DNA of 64,000 bases, from the NCBI GenBank assembly GCA_963796685.1, contig CAWCMR010000008.1, positions 780,553 to 844,552 on the forward strand, in the 5' to 3' direction. The notes under the pieces are model-generated. The model had not been told where the DNA came from. It saw nothing but the letters and a program-made list of their open reading frames with translations, and ran no database searches. Within the stretch, counting starts at the first letter, position 1. Each line of letters opens with the position of its first letter. The DNA is from an uncultured delta proteobacterium (GTDB lineage Bacteria; Myxococcota_A; Polyangia; Fen-1088). This document shows positions 49,444 through 58,309 of this stretch, piece after piece. A program made the translations under genes and the position numbers.

Positions 49444-49862
49444 TGATCCTGGTCGACACCTCGGTTCTGATCGATTTCCTACGCGGAAAGAATACCCCCG
49501 CCGTCGCATTCCTCGCCCGCCTAGAGGCGGACGATGTGCCGTTCGCGATTCCCCTCGTGTGCTGCCAAGAGGTCATGCAGGGCGCGCGTGACGAAAAGGA
49601 ATGGCGGCTGTTGCGTGAGCATCTGTCTTCGCAGCAACTCGCCGTGCCGGTGGATCCCGCGGCGCTACATTGGGAAGCAGCCCGCATCTTCTTCGACTGC
49701 CGCCGTCGCGGGCTCACCGTACGAAGCAGCGTGGATTGCCTCATCGCTGCCCATGCCATCGAGGCCGAGGCCACTCTTCTCCACAACGACGAAGACTTCG
49801 AGCGCATCAAGAGAGTACGGAAAGGGTTGCGAACGGAGATGGGTGCCGACCCAAAGCGGTGA
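49443..49862 (+). CDS. vapC: VapC PIN-domain toxin
   Basis: MILVDTSVLIDF, QEVMQG, SSVDCLIAA, LHNDEDF. Confidence 0.92.
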   Translation: MILVDTSVLIDFLRGKNTPAVAFLARLEADDVPFAIPLVCCQEVMQGARDEKEWRLLREHLSSQQLAVPVDPAALHWEAARIFFDCRRRGLTVRSSVDCLIAAHAIEAEATLLHNDEDFERIKRVRKGLRTEMGADPKR

Positions 49863-49906
49863 TCTCGACGAGGGACCGAGATTCGTCGAACATTGCTATT
49901 CTGCGC

Positions 49907-51343
49907 TCACCTGCAATACACCACCAGCGGTACCGTCGCCCGACGCTCGCAACCGGTGGCGTCGGTCCAGGCGATGGTCTGCTTGTGCTCGTCGTCGATG
50001 AGGGCGCGGCTGTCGTCGGCGGCCAGGCTCAGGTAGGCAACGATCTCGGCCAAGCCACGTTCGAGCGGACGTGTCTCGACGATCTCGGCCAGGGAAATCT
50101 GCGGCCGGGTCTGCAAGGCACGACGGATGTGCGCGGCCAATTCCGTCTTGTCGACGTAGATCTGTTCATAAAGCATGTCGGTGGGAATGTCGCCCGCACC
50201 TTCGACCAGAATCTGGTCGGCGATGGTCGGCTTCCAGGGCGGCGAAAACAGCGGACGCTCCATGGGCAGATCGACGGTGGGCCCCGGCTCATCGAGCTCG
50301 ATGAAGGTGCCGGGGGGAGGCCGATCGCGCATCGCCAGCGCGCCTTGCTCGATGGCGCGGATGGTCTGCATGATCTGCCGATTCTCCAACCACACCTTGT
50401 CATCGAGGTAGCGGCGTAGTTGCTCCGACAGACGCGCCACGGTCCGCTGCGCGACCTCGCCGGCTTCCAACCAGTCGTAGTGCACGCGCAGAAGGCGCGT
50501 GCTCGGCTCCAGCTTCTGCACCGCCGCAAGCGCGAAGACCGACTCGAGCAGCGAGGACAGCTCCTCCTGCCGGACCGGCGACATCAGGAAATCCCAGAAC
50601 GCGCGAAAGCTGCGGCCTTGGTCCGAATCGCTGATGGCGTCGCGCTCGCCGAAGATCTCGTCGAGCAGGGCACCCTTGCTGCCGTCCCAGGTCGCGATCT
50701 TTTCCCGCACCGCACGGTCGAGGTCGCGAAAGCTCTGCTCGAGCTCGCGAAAATCCGCCAGCAAGGCATACGCGGTGTCCGACATCTGCGCGAAACGATC
50801 GCGCACCTGGGCCGCATCCATCAAGTCGACGCGGCCTTCGCGCACGCGCGCAAGCTCGGCGGCAATCTCGGCCTGGCGCTTTTCCAGCTCGGCGATGCGC
50901 GCCTTGGGATCGACCTCGGTGCCCTGCACGATCTGGCGCAGGAGCTCGAACACCGTGATGAGGCGCGACTCGGTGCCGACGAATTGGCGTTGCTGCAAGC
51001 CGGCCAGCCAGGCCAGGGCCTTTTCCGTCGCGGGCGTCAGATCGAAGTGCGGCTCGTCGCTGTCCGGTGGGTAGTACTTGCGCAGCCAGCCCCGCCCGTC
51101 CGCCGCCCACTCGTCGAGATACTCGCCCGCGGCGCGCGGGAACGCGCCCTCTCCCAGCCGCTCGCGCAGGTGGAAAAGGTAGTCGTCGAGCTTCGCGACC
51201 AACTCTTGCCGCGCGAGGGTCCGCACATTGGGCTCGACGAAGCTGCGGTATAGAAAGCTCGCCACGAGCGGCGCGCTGTCCGCCATCAGCAGGCGCCAAG
51301 CCGGGTGCCGCTTACGAAGAGCCTCGAGGGTCTGGAAATCCAT
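49907..51343 (-). CDS. jetA: Wadjet JetA (DUF3375)
   Basis: HPAWRLL...APL, GWLRKYY, FVGTESRL, SDQGRSFRAFWDFL, SEQLRRYLDD, GLAEIVAYL. Confidence 0.93.
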   Translation of the reverse strand: MDFQTLEALRKRHPAWRLLMADSAPLVASFLYRSFVEPNVRTLARQELVAKLDDYLFHLRERLGEGAFPRAAGEYLDEWAADGRGWLRKYYPPDSDEPHFDLTPATEKALAWLAGLQQRQFVGTESRLITVFELLRQIVQGTEVDPKARIAELEKRQAEIAAELARVREGRVDLMDAAQVRDRFAQMSDTAYALLADFRELEQSFRDLDRAVREKIATWDGSKGALLDEIFGERDAISDSDQGRSFRAFWDFLMSPVRQEELSSLLESVFALAAVQKLEPSTRLLRVHYDWLEAGEVAQRTVARLSEQLRRYLDDKVWLENRQIMQTIRAIEQGALAMRDRPPPGTFIELDEPGPTVDLPMERPLFSPPWKPTIADQILVEGAGDIPTDMLYEQIYVDKTELAAHIRRALQTRPQISLAEIVETRPLERGLAEIVAYLSLAADDSRALIDDEHKQTIAWTDATGCERRATVPLVVYCR

Positions 51344-51535
51344 TGCCTAGCTCGGCAAATTCGGCCGCTGACTCAAGATTTCGAACGCCTCGCCGTCAGG
51401 CACGGACAGACCTGCGGCCAACGTGGATTCGAACATGGCTTTTTCTATCATGCTCGAAACGGAATCGGTGCCGGCCAGAGAGACAACGATTCGCCATGAG
51501 TCTGCTCCACTACGCGGGGCGAGGTGTTTCAGGTC

Positions 51536-51651
51536 AGTTGCCCACCGGTGGTCCGACCCACGTCGCATGAAACTGGCAGTGCAGTTTCGTCCTAGTTGCC
51601 CACCGGTGGTCCAACCCACGTCGCGTGAAACTGGCAGTGCAGTTTCGTCCT
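51536..51651. repeat. 58-bp tandem duplication
   Basis: agttgcccaccggtggtcc(g/a)acccacgtcgc(a/g)tgaaactggcagtgcagtttcgtcct x2 with 2 mismatches; each unit contains the hairpin gaaactg-gcagtg-cagtttc. Confidence 0.92.
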
Positions 51652-51664
51652 AATGTTCCCATTA

Positions 51665-51741
51665 CCCGCGTTGGCGGAGGCCGGCTTCGCCGGCCGTAGC
51701 CATAGCGCGGGAGGGTTTGGGAACCCTCCCAGGGTTCCCAT
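51665..51741 (-). repeat. Dispersed repeat family A, copy 2
   Basis: Reverse complement atgggaaccctgggagggttcccaaaccctcccgcgctatggctacggccggcgaagccggcctccgccaacgcg. Confidence 0.8.
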
Positions 51742-51750
51742 TACAATGAG

Positions 51751-51834
51751 TGCGGTCGGGGAGACTCGAACTCCCACAGCCGTAAAGCCACCAGAACCTG
51801 AATCTGGCGCGTCTACCAGTTCCGCCACGACCGC
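51751..51834 (-). tRNA. tRNA-Leu(CAG)
   Basis: GCGGTCGTGGCGGAACTGGTAGACGCGCCAGATTCAGGTTCTGGTGGCTTTACGGCTGTGGGAGTTCGAGTCTCCCCGACCGCA; long variable arm; CCA not encoded. Confidence 0.96.
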
Positions 51835-51988
51835 ATATGAAGTTTTTCGATCAAGCTCTGCTGCGTTTCTGCCGAATAGGAGGGCTCTTGTAGCACAAGA
51901 GCCTATAGCTACCAAGCCCTTCTCTTCCTGCCGAGGTCGGCGGCGAAGATCGGGCGGGTGTAAACTTGGAGACGAGGTGGGCGACAAA

Positions 51989-53146
51989 ATGCCGCGACGA
52001 GACAATGGCTACTCCCGGTTGGTCGGCTGGGGCGCGCTGGTCGTGCTTGGCTTGGCAGTCAGCGCCGCGGATGGGTCAGAGCTCGGCGATCGGACCGCAC
52101 ATCGCATGAGCGGCAGTGCCCCTGGCAAACCTGCCTACCTGTGGCTCTGGTACGCCGACGGCAAGGTGCCGCCTGGAATCGACCCCTGCAGCGCTGCAAC
52201 GAGCCAGTTGCCTCCCGTCTTCACGTGCAACTACCCGGCGACCCCAGACGAAGCGTCGACGACCGACACAACCGAGTGCAAGCGCAGAGTGCAGGAGCTC
52301 TTGAACGAGTGGTATGCGGACTTCAATCTGCTCTTCACTTTCACGCAACCGCCGAGCGGGGACTACTACACGATGGTCATCACAAACGGGTGGGCCGAGT
52401 GTCAGGACGCCCTCGCCACCAGCCAATATGGAACCGCTCCCGCCGACGAAGCCGGGGCAGCCCCACCAAGCTGTAGCGACGTTCCCGGGGGGACCGCAAT
52501 CGCTATCGAATGCGGAAAGAGCGCCCACAACTGTGCCACGATCATTGCCCACGAGCACGGACACCTGGTCGGCCTCGAGCATACGATGCTCAGCTCGACC
52601 GATGTGATGAACAGCTCTGTCCTCCCTACAGCAGCAGGCTTCGACAACCAGGACCTTCGAACTGCGACCAACGACAGCTACCCTCAGTGCGAGCCGACGC
52701 AGAACTCGTATCGGGAGATGCTGGCCGCCCTGGGAGCCTGGCCCGGCGGAAACAAGCCGAGCCCGTTTGGCGACCTGCCCGACGCCGGTGCAGCGGATTT
52801 GCCTCCGGCCACCAAAGGCGCCGATGCCTCGTCCGGCGGCGGTTCGGTCGGACCCTCTCCGACTCCGACAGGCATCGACGGCGGGGTCGTCACTGTCGTC
52901 CCGGGTTCCGATGGCTCTGGCCTGGTGCGACCTCGGCTACCCACTGTAGACGCCGCCGCAACCGGGAGCGCTGGTTCCCACGGCGGCTGCGACATGCTGC
53001 CTGGTCCGGCCGACGCTGCGGCCCCGGTCGCTGTCATCTTCTTCCTGCTCGCGCTCTGCGCCCGGCGGGCCGGTCTAGGCCGGTCCGCGGCCGGAGCCCG
53101 GGTGGCTTCCTCGCGCCGCCCGAAGCCTAGCGACTTCCTTGCGTAG
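51989..53146 (+). CDS. Secreted matrixin-like zinc metalloprotease with MYXO-CTERM-like tail
   Basis: AHEHGHLVGLEH plus Met-turn (DVMN); GGC...hydrophobic...RR C-terminus. Confidence 0.8.
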   Translation: MPRRDNGYSRLVGWGALVVLGLAVSAADGSELGDRTAHRMSGSAPGKPAYLWLWYADGKVPPGIDPCSAATSQLPPVFTCNYPATPDEASTTDTTECKRRVQELLNEWYADFNLLFTFTQPPSGDYYTMVITNGWAECQDALATSQYGTAPADEAGAAPPSCSDVPGGTAIAIECGKSAHNCATIIAHEHGHLVGLEHTMLSSTDVMNSSVLPTAAGFDNQDLRTATNDSYPQCEPTQNSYREMLAALGAWPGGNKPSPFGDLPDAGAADLPPATKGADASSGGGSVGPSPTPTGIDGGVVTVVPGSDGSGLVRPRLPTVDAAATGSAGSHGGCDMLPGPADAAAPVAVIFFLLALCARRAGLGRSAAGARVASSRRPKPSDFLA

Positions 53147-54181
53147 CGCTTGGACGCTCGACTTCTGTTTGTCGATCTCGCGATTCGCGGCTTCGACCTC
53201 GCCCTCGAACGCGGCTATCTTGCGCCGCAATTGATCCCGCTCGAGCGCGAGCAGCTCCCGCCCTGCCGCATCGTCGCCGATCTGGCGCAGATAGCGCTCT
53301 ACATCTTTGCGCATGGCCGCGACGGTCCGGCCTAGGCCCTCGGCGCGATCTTGCAGGTTCATCTGCCGCTCGCGCAGCTCGTCCCGTTCGCGCGTGATGG
53401 CCAGATTGGCCGTGGTGAGCCGTTCGACCTCGCCTCGCCATGCTGCCAACTCTCCTTCACCCGCTTCTCCACCTTCGCCAGGCCCCGTGGGAACAAGGAG
53501 ACTCTCGGAAAGGTGCCAGGGTCGCTCGGCGGCGGCGGTACACAGGGCAATGAGGTGTGAGGGCCTGCCTCCGACCTTGGACATGGCTTCGCTGACCGCG
53601 AGATCTTCGCTCCCTGGTGCGAAGTACGAAACTGCGCGAAAGGGGGTTTCCTCGACGATGTCCACGGTCGCGAAGTGCTCGAGCACCATGTCGGCCAGCA
53701 TGGCCCGCTGCGAGACCCCCGCCGCGACACTCTCCAACGACGCTGCCACGGCGCGCAGCACGCACATGCCGTCGCGACGCAAGATCCGGCGGATCTCCGC
53801 AAACAGGTCCGCCCGCAGGCGATCGTCGTTCACCTCGGCTGCGGCGAGAGCGCAGATGACGAGGTCGGCCCCGCCATCCGGAAAAGGGAATGGCAATCCA
53901 GGCCGGGCGGGTGACAGCACATCCACGGCACCTGCCTTGCGCAACATTTCCGCGCCGGGGCCGCCCTTCGACGAGAGATCGACGACCACCTTGCCCACGC
54001 TGAACGGCTCGACGAACAGGTAGAAGGCCAGTCCCCAAGGATAGTCCGCGGCCACAGGATGGACCGTGGCAGGAGGGGGCATGGCAGCAGTCCCCACCGG
54101 CCCGGGCGCCAAAGAATTCGGGCCCGCCTTCGGGGCTGGGGCTGGGGCAGCGGAGCTACTGTCCTCGGCATCATGAGTCAT
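53075..54181 (-). CDS. Degenerate methyltransferase-fold protein with C-terminal coiled coil
   Basis: GKVVVDL, PFPDGGADLVI, EIRRILRRDG, then heptad repeats. Confidence 0.7.
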   Translation of the reverse strand: MTHDAEDSSSAAPAPAPKAGPNSLAPGPVGTAAMPPPATVHPVAADYPWGLAFYLFVEPFSVGKVVVDLSSKGGPGAEMLRKAGAVDVLSPARPGLPFPFPDGGADLVICALAAAEVNDDRLRADLFAEIRRILRRDGMCVLRAVAASLESVAAGVSQRAMLADMVLEHFATVDIVEETPFRAVSYFAPGSEDLAVSEAMSKVGGRPSHLIALCTAAAERPWHLSESLLVPTGPGEGGEAGEGELAAWRGEVERLTTANLAITRERDELRERQMNLQDRAEGLGRTVAAMRKDVERYLRQIGDDAAGRELLALERDQLRRKIAAFEGEVEAANREIDKQKSSVQALRKEVARLRAARGSHPGSGRGPA

Positions 54182-54307
54182 GAAAGACGTTTCCGCCCCT
54201 CAGTGTTACCCTTGGACAGCGAATACACAAGCGTGTCGTGTCAAACGAGCTGTCCGAGCAGCGCCAAAGCGGAACCGACACGCGATTCATGCGATAGTGG
54301 ATAGCCT

Positions 54308-55255
54308 ATGCGCAAGAAGATAGGGCCCGTCCTGGGCTGGGTCGTGACCATCGCCATCCTGGTCTACCTCTTTCGGACCATCCGCCCTGCCCAGATCGCG
54401 AAGGCGTTCCAGGCCGCGTATTGGTGGGCGATTCCAGCCAACGCCGTTCTGGTTCTCGCCGTCTACCTGGCCGATTCGTTCGCCATCAAGAAGACCTTCG
54501 GCTGGTTCGTGGCCAAGCTCTCTTACCGCGAGGTCCTGGTAGTCCGCGGGGCGACCTATCTTCTGGCCCTGGTCAACTACACCGTGGGCCAGGGGGCCAT
54601 CGTCTACTTCGTGAACCGCTCGCGCGGCGTGCCTGTCCTGCGCGGAACCGCGGCGGTGCTGCTGATCATGGGGATCAACGTGCTCGTGTTGCTGGTGCTG
54701 GCAAGCGTGGGACTCGTGGTGTCGACCGACGTGCCCCAGGTTCTCGAGCTCATCGTCCTCATCGCCTACGCGGGGTTGGCAGGGTACATCATCGTGGTGG
54801 CTGCCAAGCCGCGGTGGCTGGTGCGCAGACCCATCTTCGACGTCCTGCTTTCGGCCGGCATCGGCGGCCACCTGCGCTCGATGGCCGTCCGCCTGCCGCA
54901 CATCCTTGCCTTGATGGCCCTGAGCTGGTTCTCCATGGCCGCCTTTGGCGTGGTGCTGCCGCTTGCCAAGGCGATCCTGTGTCTGCCCATCGTCTACTTC
55001 GTCGCCGTACTGCCCATCTCCTTCCAGGGTCTCGGCACATCGCAAGCCATGCTCATTCACTTCTTTGCCGCCTACGCGCCAGGCGCGACCGACGAAGCGC
55101 GCTGGGCCGTGATCCTCGCGGCCAGTCTGGTTTCCCAGGCCATCGCCTTCGTCATTCAGCTCTCCATCGGCCTTCTCTGCGTGCGGAACCAACTGGCGCG
55201 CAGCCTGGGCAAGGCGCGGGACCCCGCAGCCGTGGCGGAAAAGGGGCTGTCGTGA
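54308..55255 (+). CDS. Lysylphosphatidylglycerol synthase TM-region/flippase-like membrane protein
   Basis: Multiple TM helices, LPISFQGLG motif. Confidence 0.78.
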   Translation: MRKKIGPVLGWVVTIAILVYLFRTIRPAQIAKAFQAAYWWAIPANAVLVLAVYLADSFAIKKTFGWFVAKLSYREVLVVRGATYLLALVNYTVGQGAIVYFVNRSRGVPVLRGTAAVLLIMGINVLVLLVLASVGLVVSTDVPQVLELIVLIAYAGLAGYIIVVAAKPRWLVRRPIFDVLLSAGIGGHLRSMAVRLPHILALMALSWFSMAAFGVVLPLAKAILCLPIVYFVAVLPISFQGLGTSQAMLIHFFAAYAPGATDEARWAVILAASLVSQAIAFVIQLSIGLLCVRNQLARSLGKARDPAAVAEKGLS

Positions 55256-55656
55256 AATACAAGAAACCACGATCGATCAACGTCGTTACGTTCATGATTC
55301 TCGGTGCCATGGGAGCGTGCGCCTACGTCGGCGTGTGTCTGTGGCCGGTATACTCGGCGTCTTCGCGGGCCAAGGGCATTCTCTACGACTTCGTTCCGGC
55401 CCTCTACAAAGCCAACTTGCGCACCGACGATGTCACGCGGGCCATGATGGACAACATCAGAACCGGCATCGCGAAGGAGCTGGAGAAGGCCGGCATCAAC
55501 GACAAGGGCGCGAAGATATTCCTCTATCGCGGCGAGAAGGAGATCGGCCTCGAGGTTCGCTTCAAGACCACGGCACACTTTCCCTTCCCCGACAAGACCT
55601 ATGAGTTCGAGGTTTCGCCCAAAGTGGTGTCGGATGCGACTCGGATCGACTGGTAG
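55252..55656 (+). CDS. Hypothetical single-pass membrane protein
   Basis: GTG start overlapping the upstream stop; one TM helix; GC3-biased codons. Confidence 0.65.
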   Translation: MKYKKPRSINVVTFMILGAMGACAYVGVCLWPVYSASSRAKGILYDFVPALYKANLRTDDVTRAMMDNIRTGIAKELEKAGINDKGAKIFLYRGEKEIGLEVRFKTTAHFPFPDKTYEFEVSPKVVSDATRIDW

Positions 55657-55689
55657 GATCGCCACCGTGATACAATCCCGAAGCTAGGC

Positions 55690-57297
55690 ATGGCGAAGAT
55701 TATCGTTCAGAGCAGCGAGGACCGCCGCGAGTTCGAGCTCGGCCCCGTCACCACCATCGGCCGGCACCCGCACAACGCCGTTCAAGTCCTCGATCGCATC
55801 GTCTCCAAGGAGCACGCACAGATCATTCGCCAACCCGATGGCAGGTTCCTGTACCGGGACCTCGGCAGCTTGAACGGGTCCTTCATGAAGGATCAGCGCA
55901 TCAGCGATCACCTGTTCGTCGACGGGGACGAAATCACGCTGGGCGGAACCGTGCTGGTCTTCGCCGAGGTCTCCGCGCAGGCCCAGCAGGCCGCCCAGCA
56001 CGTCAGCATCGAGCAGCCGGCGCAGAACGACGGCGCATTCATCCAACAGAAGGTCAAAGCCAGCACCGACTTTCTGCCCGAGAAAGAAATCGTCAGCGTC
56101 GAGGCCCTGCGCGCCGACTACGAGAAACTGCGTCTGGCCCATGAGCTCGGGCGATCCATCGGCCTCGAGGTGGACATCGATGGTCTTCTGGAAAAGATCA
56201 TCATGAAGGCCTTCGAGCTCATCCCGGCGGATCGCGGGGTGATTCTGCTCATGGAGAGCGACGGCCCCAAGCCACGCGTGGCCAAGACCCGCGACGGCCG
56301 CAACGAGCAGATCCTGCTCTCGCGTTCAATTCTCTCCGAGGTGGTTCAACACAAGACCGCGGTCCTGTCGTCGGATGCCAGCGCCGACAGTCGCTTCCAG
56401 GGCGCGCGCTCCATCATCATGCAGGGCATCCGGTCGACCATGACGGTGCCCTTGATTCACCAGGACCAGCTGCTCGGTATCATGCACCTCGATTCGATGG
56501 TGGCGGCCAATGCCTTCGGCGAAAAGGATCTGCAAATCTTCGCCAGCATCGGCAACCAGGCCGCGGTGGCCATCCGCAACGCCATGCTGGCCCTGAAGAT
56601 CGAGCACGAGGCCAAGACGCGCGCCCAGTTCCAGCGCCTGCTGTCGCCCAACCTCGTCGAGCAAGTGGTGGCCGGCAATCTGCAACTGGAAAAGGGCGGC
56701 GCGCTCACCGAAGTCACCATGCTGTTCTCCGACATCCGCGGCTTCACCGCCATGAGCGAGAAGCGCGAGCCGCAAGAGATCGTGCGCATGCTCAACGAGT
56801 ACTTCGAGCTGATGGTGGACGTCATCTTCAAGCATGAAGGCACCCTCGACAAGTTCGTGGGCGACGAGATCGTGGCCCTGTTCGGCGCGCCCGTGGCGCT
56901 ACCGAGCGCGGAGATCAAGGCGGTCGAGTGCGCGCTCGACATGATCATGGTCTTGGCGGAGTTCAATCGCGTGCGTGCGGCCGAGGGCAAGGAAGAGATC
57001 AAGATCGGCATCGGCGTCAACACCGGCAGTGTGGTCACGGGTGCCATCGGCAGCTCGCGCGCGCTGCAGTACACCGCCATCGGCGATGCCGTGAATACCG
57101 CGTCGCGCCTGTGCAGCGTGGCCAAGGCAAACGAGATCCTGGTCTCGGAAGCCACCTTTGCCCGCGTGCAATCGGTGGTCAACGCCACGGCCCTTACGCC
57201 GGTTCGGGTCAAAGGCAAGACCGACGTGCTGCGCGTCTGGAACATCACCGGCATGCGCACGCCGGACTGGCGCGCGGAAACCACCAAGCCGTTTTAG
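55690..57297 (+). CDS. FHA-GAF-class III adenylate cyclase
   Basis: FHA (IGR, VSKEHA, GSLNG), GAF, FSDIRGFT, DKFVGDE, YTAIGDAVNTASRL; upstream TGnTACAAT at 55668. Confidence 0.92.
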   Translation: MAKIIVQSSEDRREFELGPVTTIGRHPHNAVQVLDRIVSKEHAQIIRQPDGRFLYRDLGSLNGSFMKDQRISDHLFVDGDEITLGGTVLVFAEVSAQAQQAAQHVSIEQPAQNDGAFIQQKVKASTDFLPEKEIVSVEALRADYEKLRLAHELGRSIGLEVDIDGLLEKIIMKAFELIPADRGVILLMESDGPKPRVAKTRDGRNEQILLSRSILSEVVQHKTAVLSSDASADSRFQGARSIIMQGIRSTMTVPLIHQDQLLGIMHLDSMVAANAFGEKDLQIFASIGNQAAVAIRNAMLALKIEHEAKTRAQFQRLLSPNLVEQVVAGNLQLEKGGALTEVTMLFSDIRGFTAMSEKREPQEIVRMLNEYFELMVDVIFKHEGTLDKFVGDEIVALFGAPVALPSAEIKAVECALDMIMVLAEFNRVRAAEGKEEIKIGIGVNTGSVVTGAIGSSRALQYTAIGDAVNTASRLCSVAKANEILVSEATFARVQSVVNATALTPVRVKGKTDVLRVWNITGMRTPDWRAETTKPF

Positions 57298-57303
57298 TTA
57301 TAG

Positions 57304-57378
57304 ATGGAAACCCTGGGAGGGTTTCCATGCCTTCCCGCGCTGTGGCTCCGGTGGGCATAGCCCACCTTCGCCTACGCG
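57304..57378 (+). repeat. Dispersed repeat family A, copy 3
   Basis: atggaaaccctgggagggtttccatgccttcccgcgctgtggctccggtgggcatagcccaccttcgcctacgcg. Confidence 0.8.
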
Positions 57379-57468
57379 AACACGAAGAACGAAGAACGAA
57401 GAAAGAGAAACCCGCGGGGGTGGCCGGCATCAAAGAAGGAAGCTAGAATCCGTTTGGAAGGAGACAGC

Positions 57469-57846
57469 ATGTCCGCAGTCGTCGAAAACAAACAAGAATC
57501 TTCGGTCGAGGAAACCCAAGAACTGGTCAAGCTGACCGCGAAGGCCGCGGAAAAGGTGAAGGCCATTCGCGCCGAGGAAAAGATCGAAGAGGGCTATGGG
57601 CTCCGGCTCAAGGTTATGGGCGGCGGGTGCTCCGGGTTCGCCTACGATCTATTCTTCGACCAGGCTCAGGATGTCGACCAGACCTTCGAGTCGCAGGGCG
57701 TGCGGATGCTGTGCGACCAGATGAGCCTGATGTACCTCGTTGGCACCGAAATCGACTACGTCGAGAGCGTGCAAGGATCGGGCTTCAAGTTCACGAACCC
57801 GAACGTCAAATCGACCTGCGGCTGCGGCTCTTCCTTCAGCGTTTGA
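57469..57846 (+). CDS. A-type Fe-S carrier (ErpA/IscA family)
   Basis: GGGCSGF, GFKFTNPN, TCGCGSSF. Confidence 0.95.
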   Translation: MSAVVENKQESSVEETQELVKLTAKAAEKVKAIRAEEKIEEGYGLRLKVMGGGCSGFAYDLFFDQAQDVDQTFESQGVRMLCDQMSLMYLVGTEIDYVESVQGSGFKFTNPNVKSTCGCGSSFSV

Positions 57847-57874
57847 CGTTTGACCGGGATCGACCGGAGGGCCC

Positions 57875-58228
57875 TCACTCGACGGTGATGCCGTCCTCTT
57901 CCTTCATGCGGATGATCTTGGTCAGGCACTGATCGCGGATCACGCCGCGCATCTTCGGGCTCTGGTCTTCGACTGATTCCTTGAAGACCACCTGGTAGCT
58001 GTTGCACTTGGCGACATCTGTCAGAGCCTTCTTGCAGAAATAGTCGCGCACGCGTTCGCAGGGGTTGCGGCTCGCCACCGCCATGTCCATCGCCACCCAG
58101 ACGACGGCGGTGCAAAAAGCCACCGCAAGCACCGTCATCACCAGTCGGTAGCGTCTGCGGTATTTCTGGGGGTCGATGGTTTCGGCCTCGCGTCGTATCT
58201 GCTCGAGCTCTTCGGGGGTTTCGTCCAT
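57875..58228 (-). CDS. Hypothetical membrane-anchored protein with 4 Cys
   Basis: One TM helix, then NPCERVRDYFC...KC...QC. Confidence 0.65.
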   Translation of the reverse strand: MDETPEELEQIRREAETIDPQKYRRRYRLVMTVLAVAFCTAVVWVAMDMAVASRNPCERVRDYFCKKALTDVAKCNSYQVVFKESVEDQSPKMRGVIRDQCLTKIIRMKEEDGITVE

Positions 58229-58309
58229 CGCCGACGATTACAGCGCACTCGAGGCACCGCCGCAAACCCGGAGATGCGAAATCTCGAGGCTGCGTGCTAG
58301 ATCGTCGCC

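Noticed and set aside
51536-51651. Possible CRISPR array
   Set aside because: Two adjacent units with no spacer and no cas genes.
57382-57408. acgaaga x3 microsatellite
   Set aside because: Short low-complexity tract with no evidence of function.
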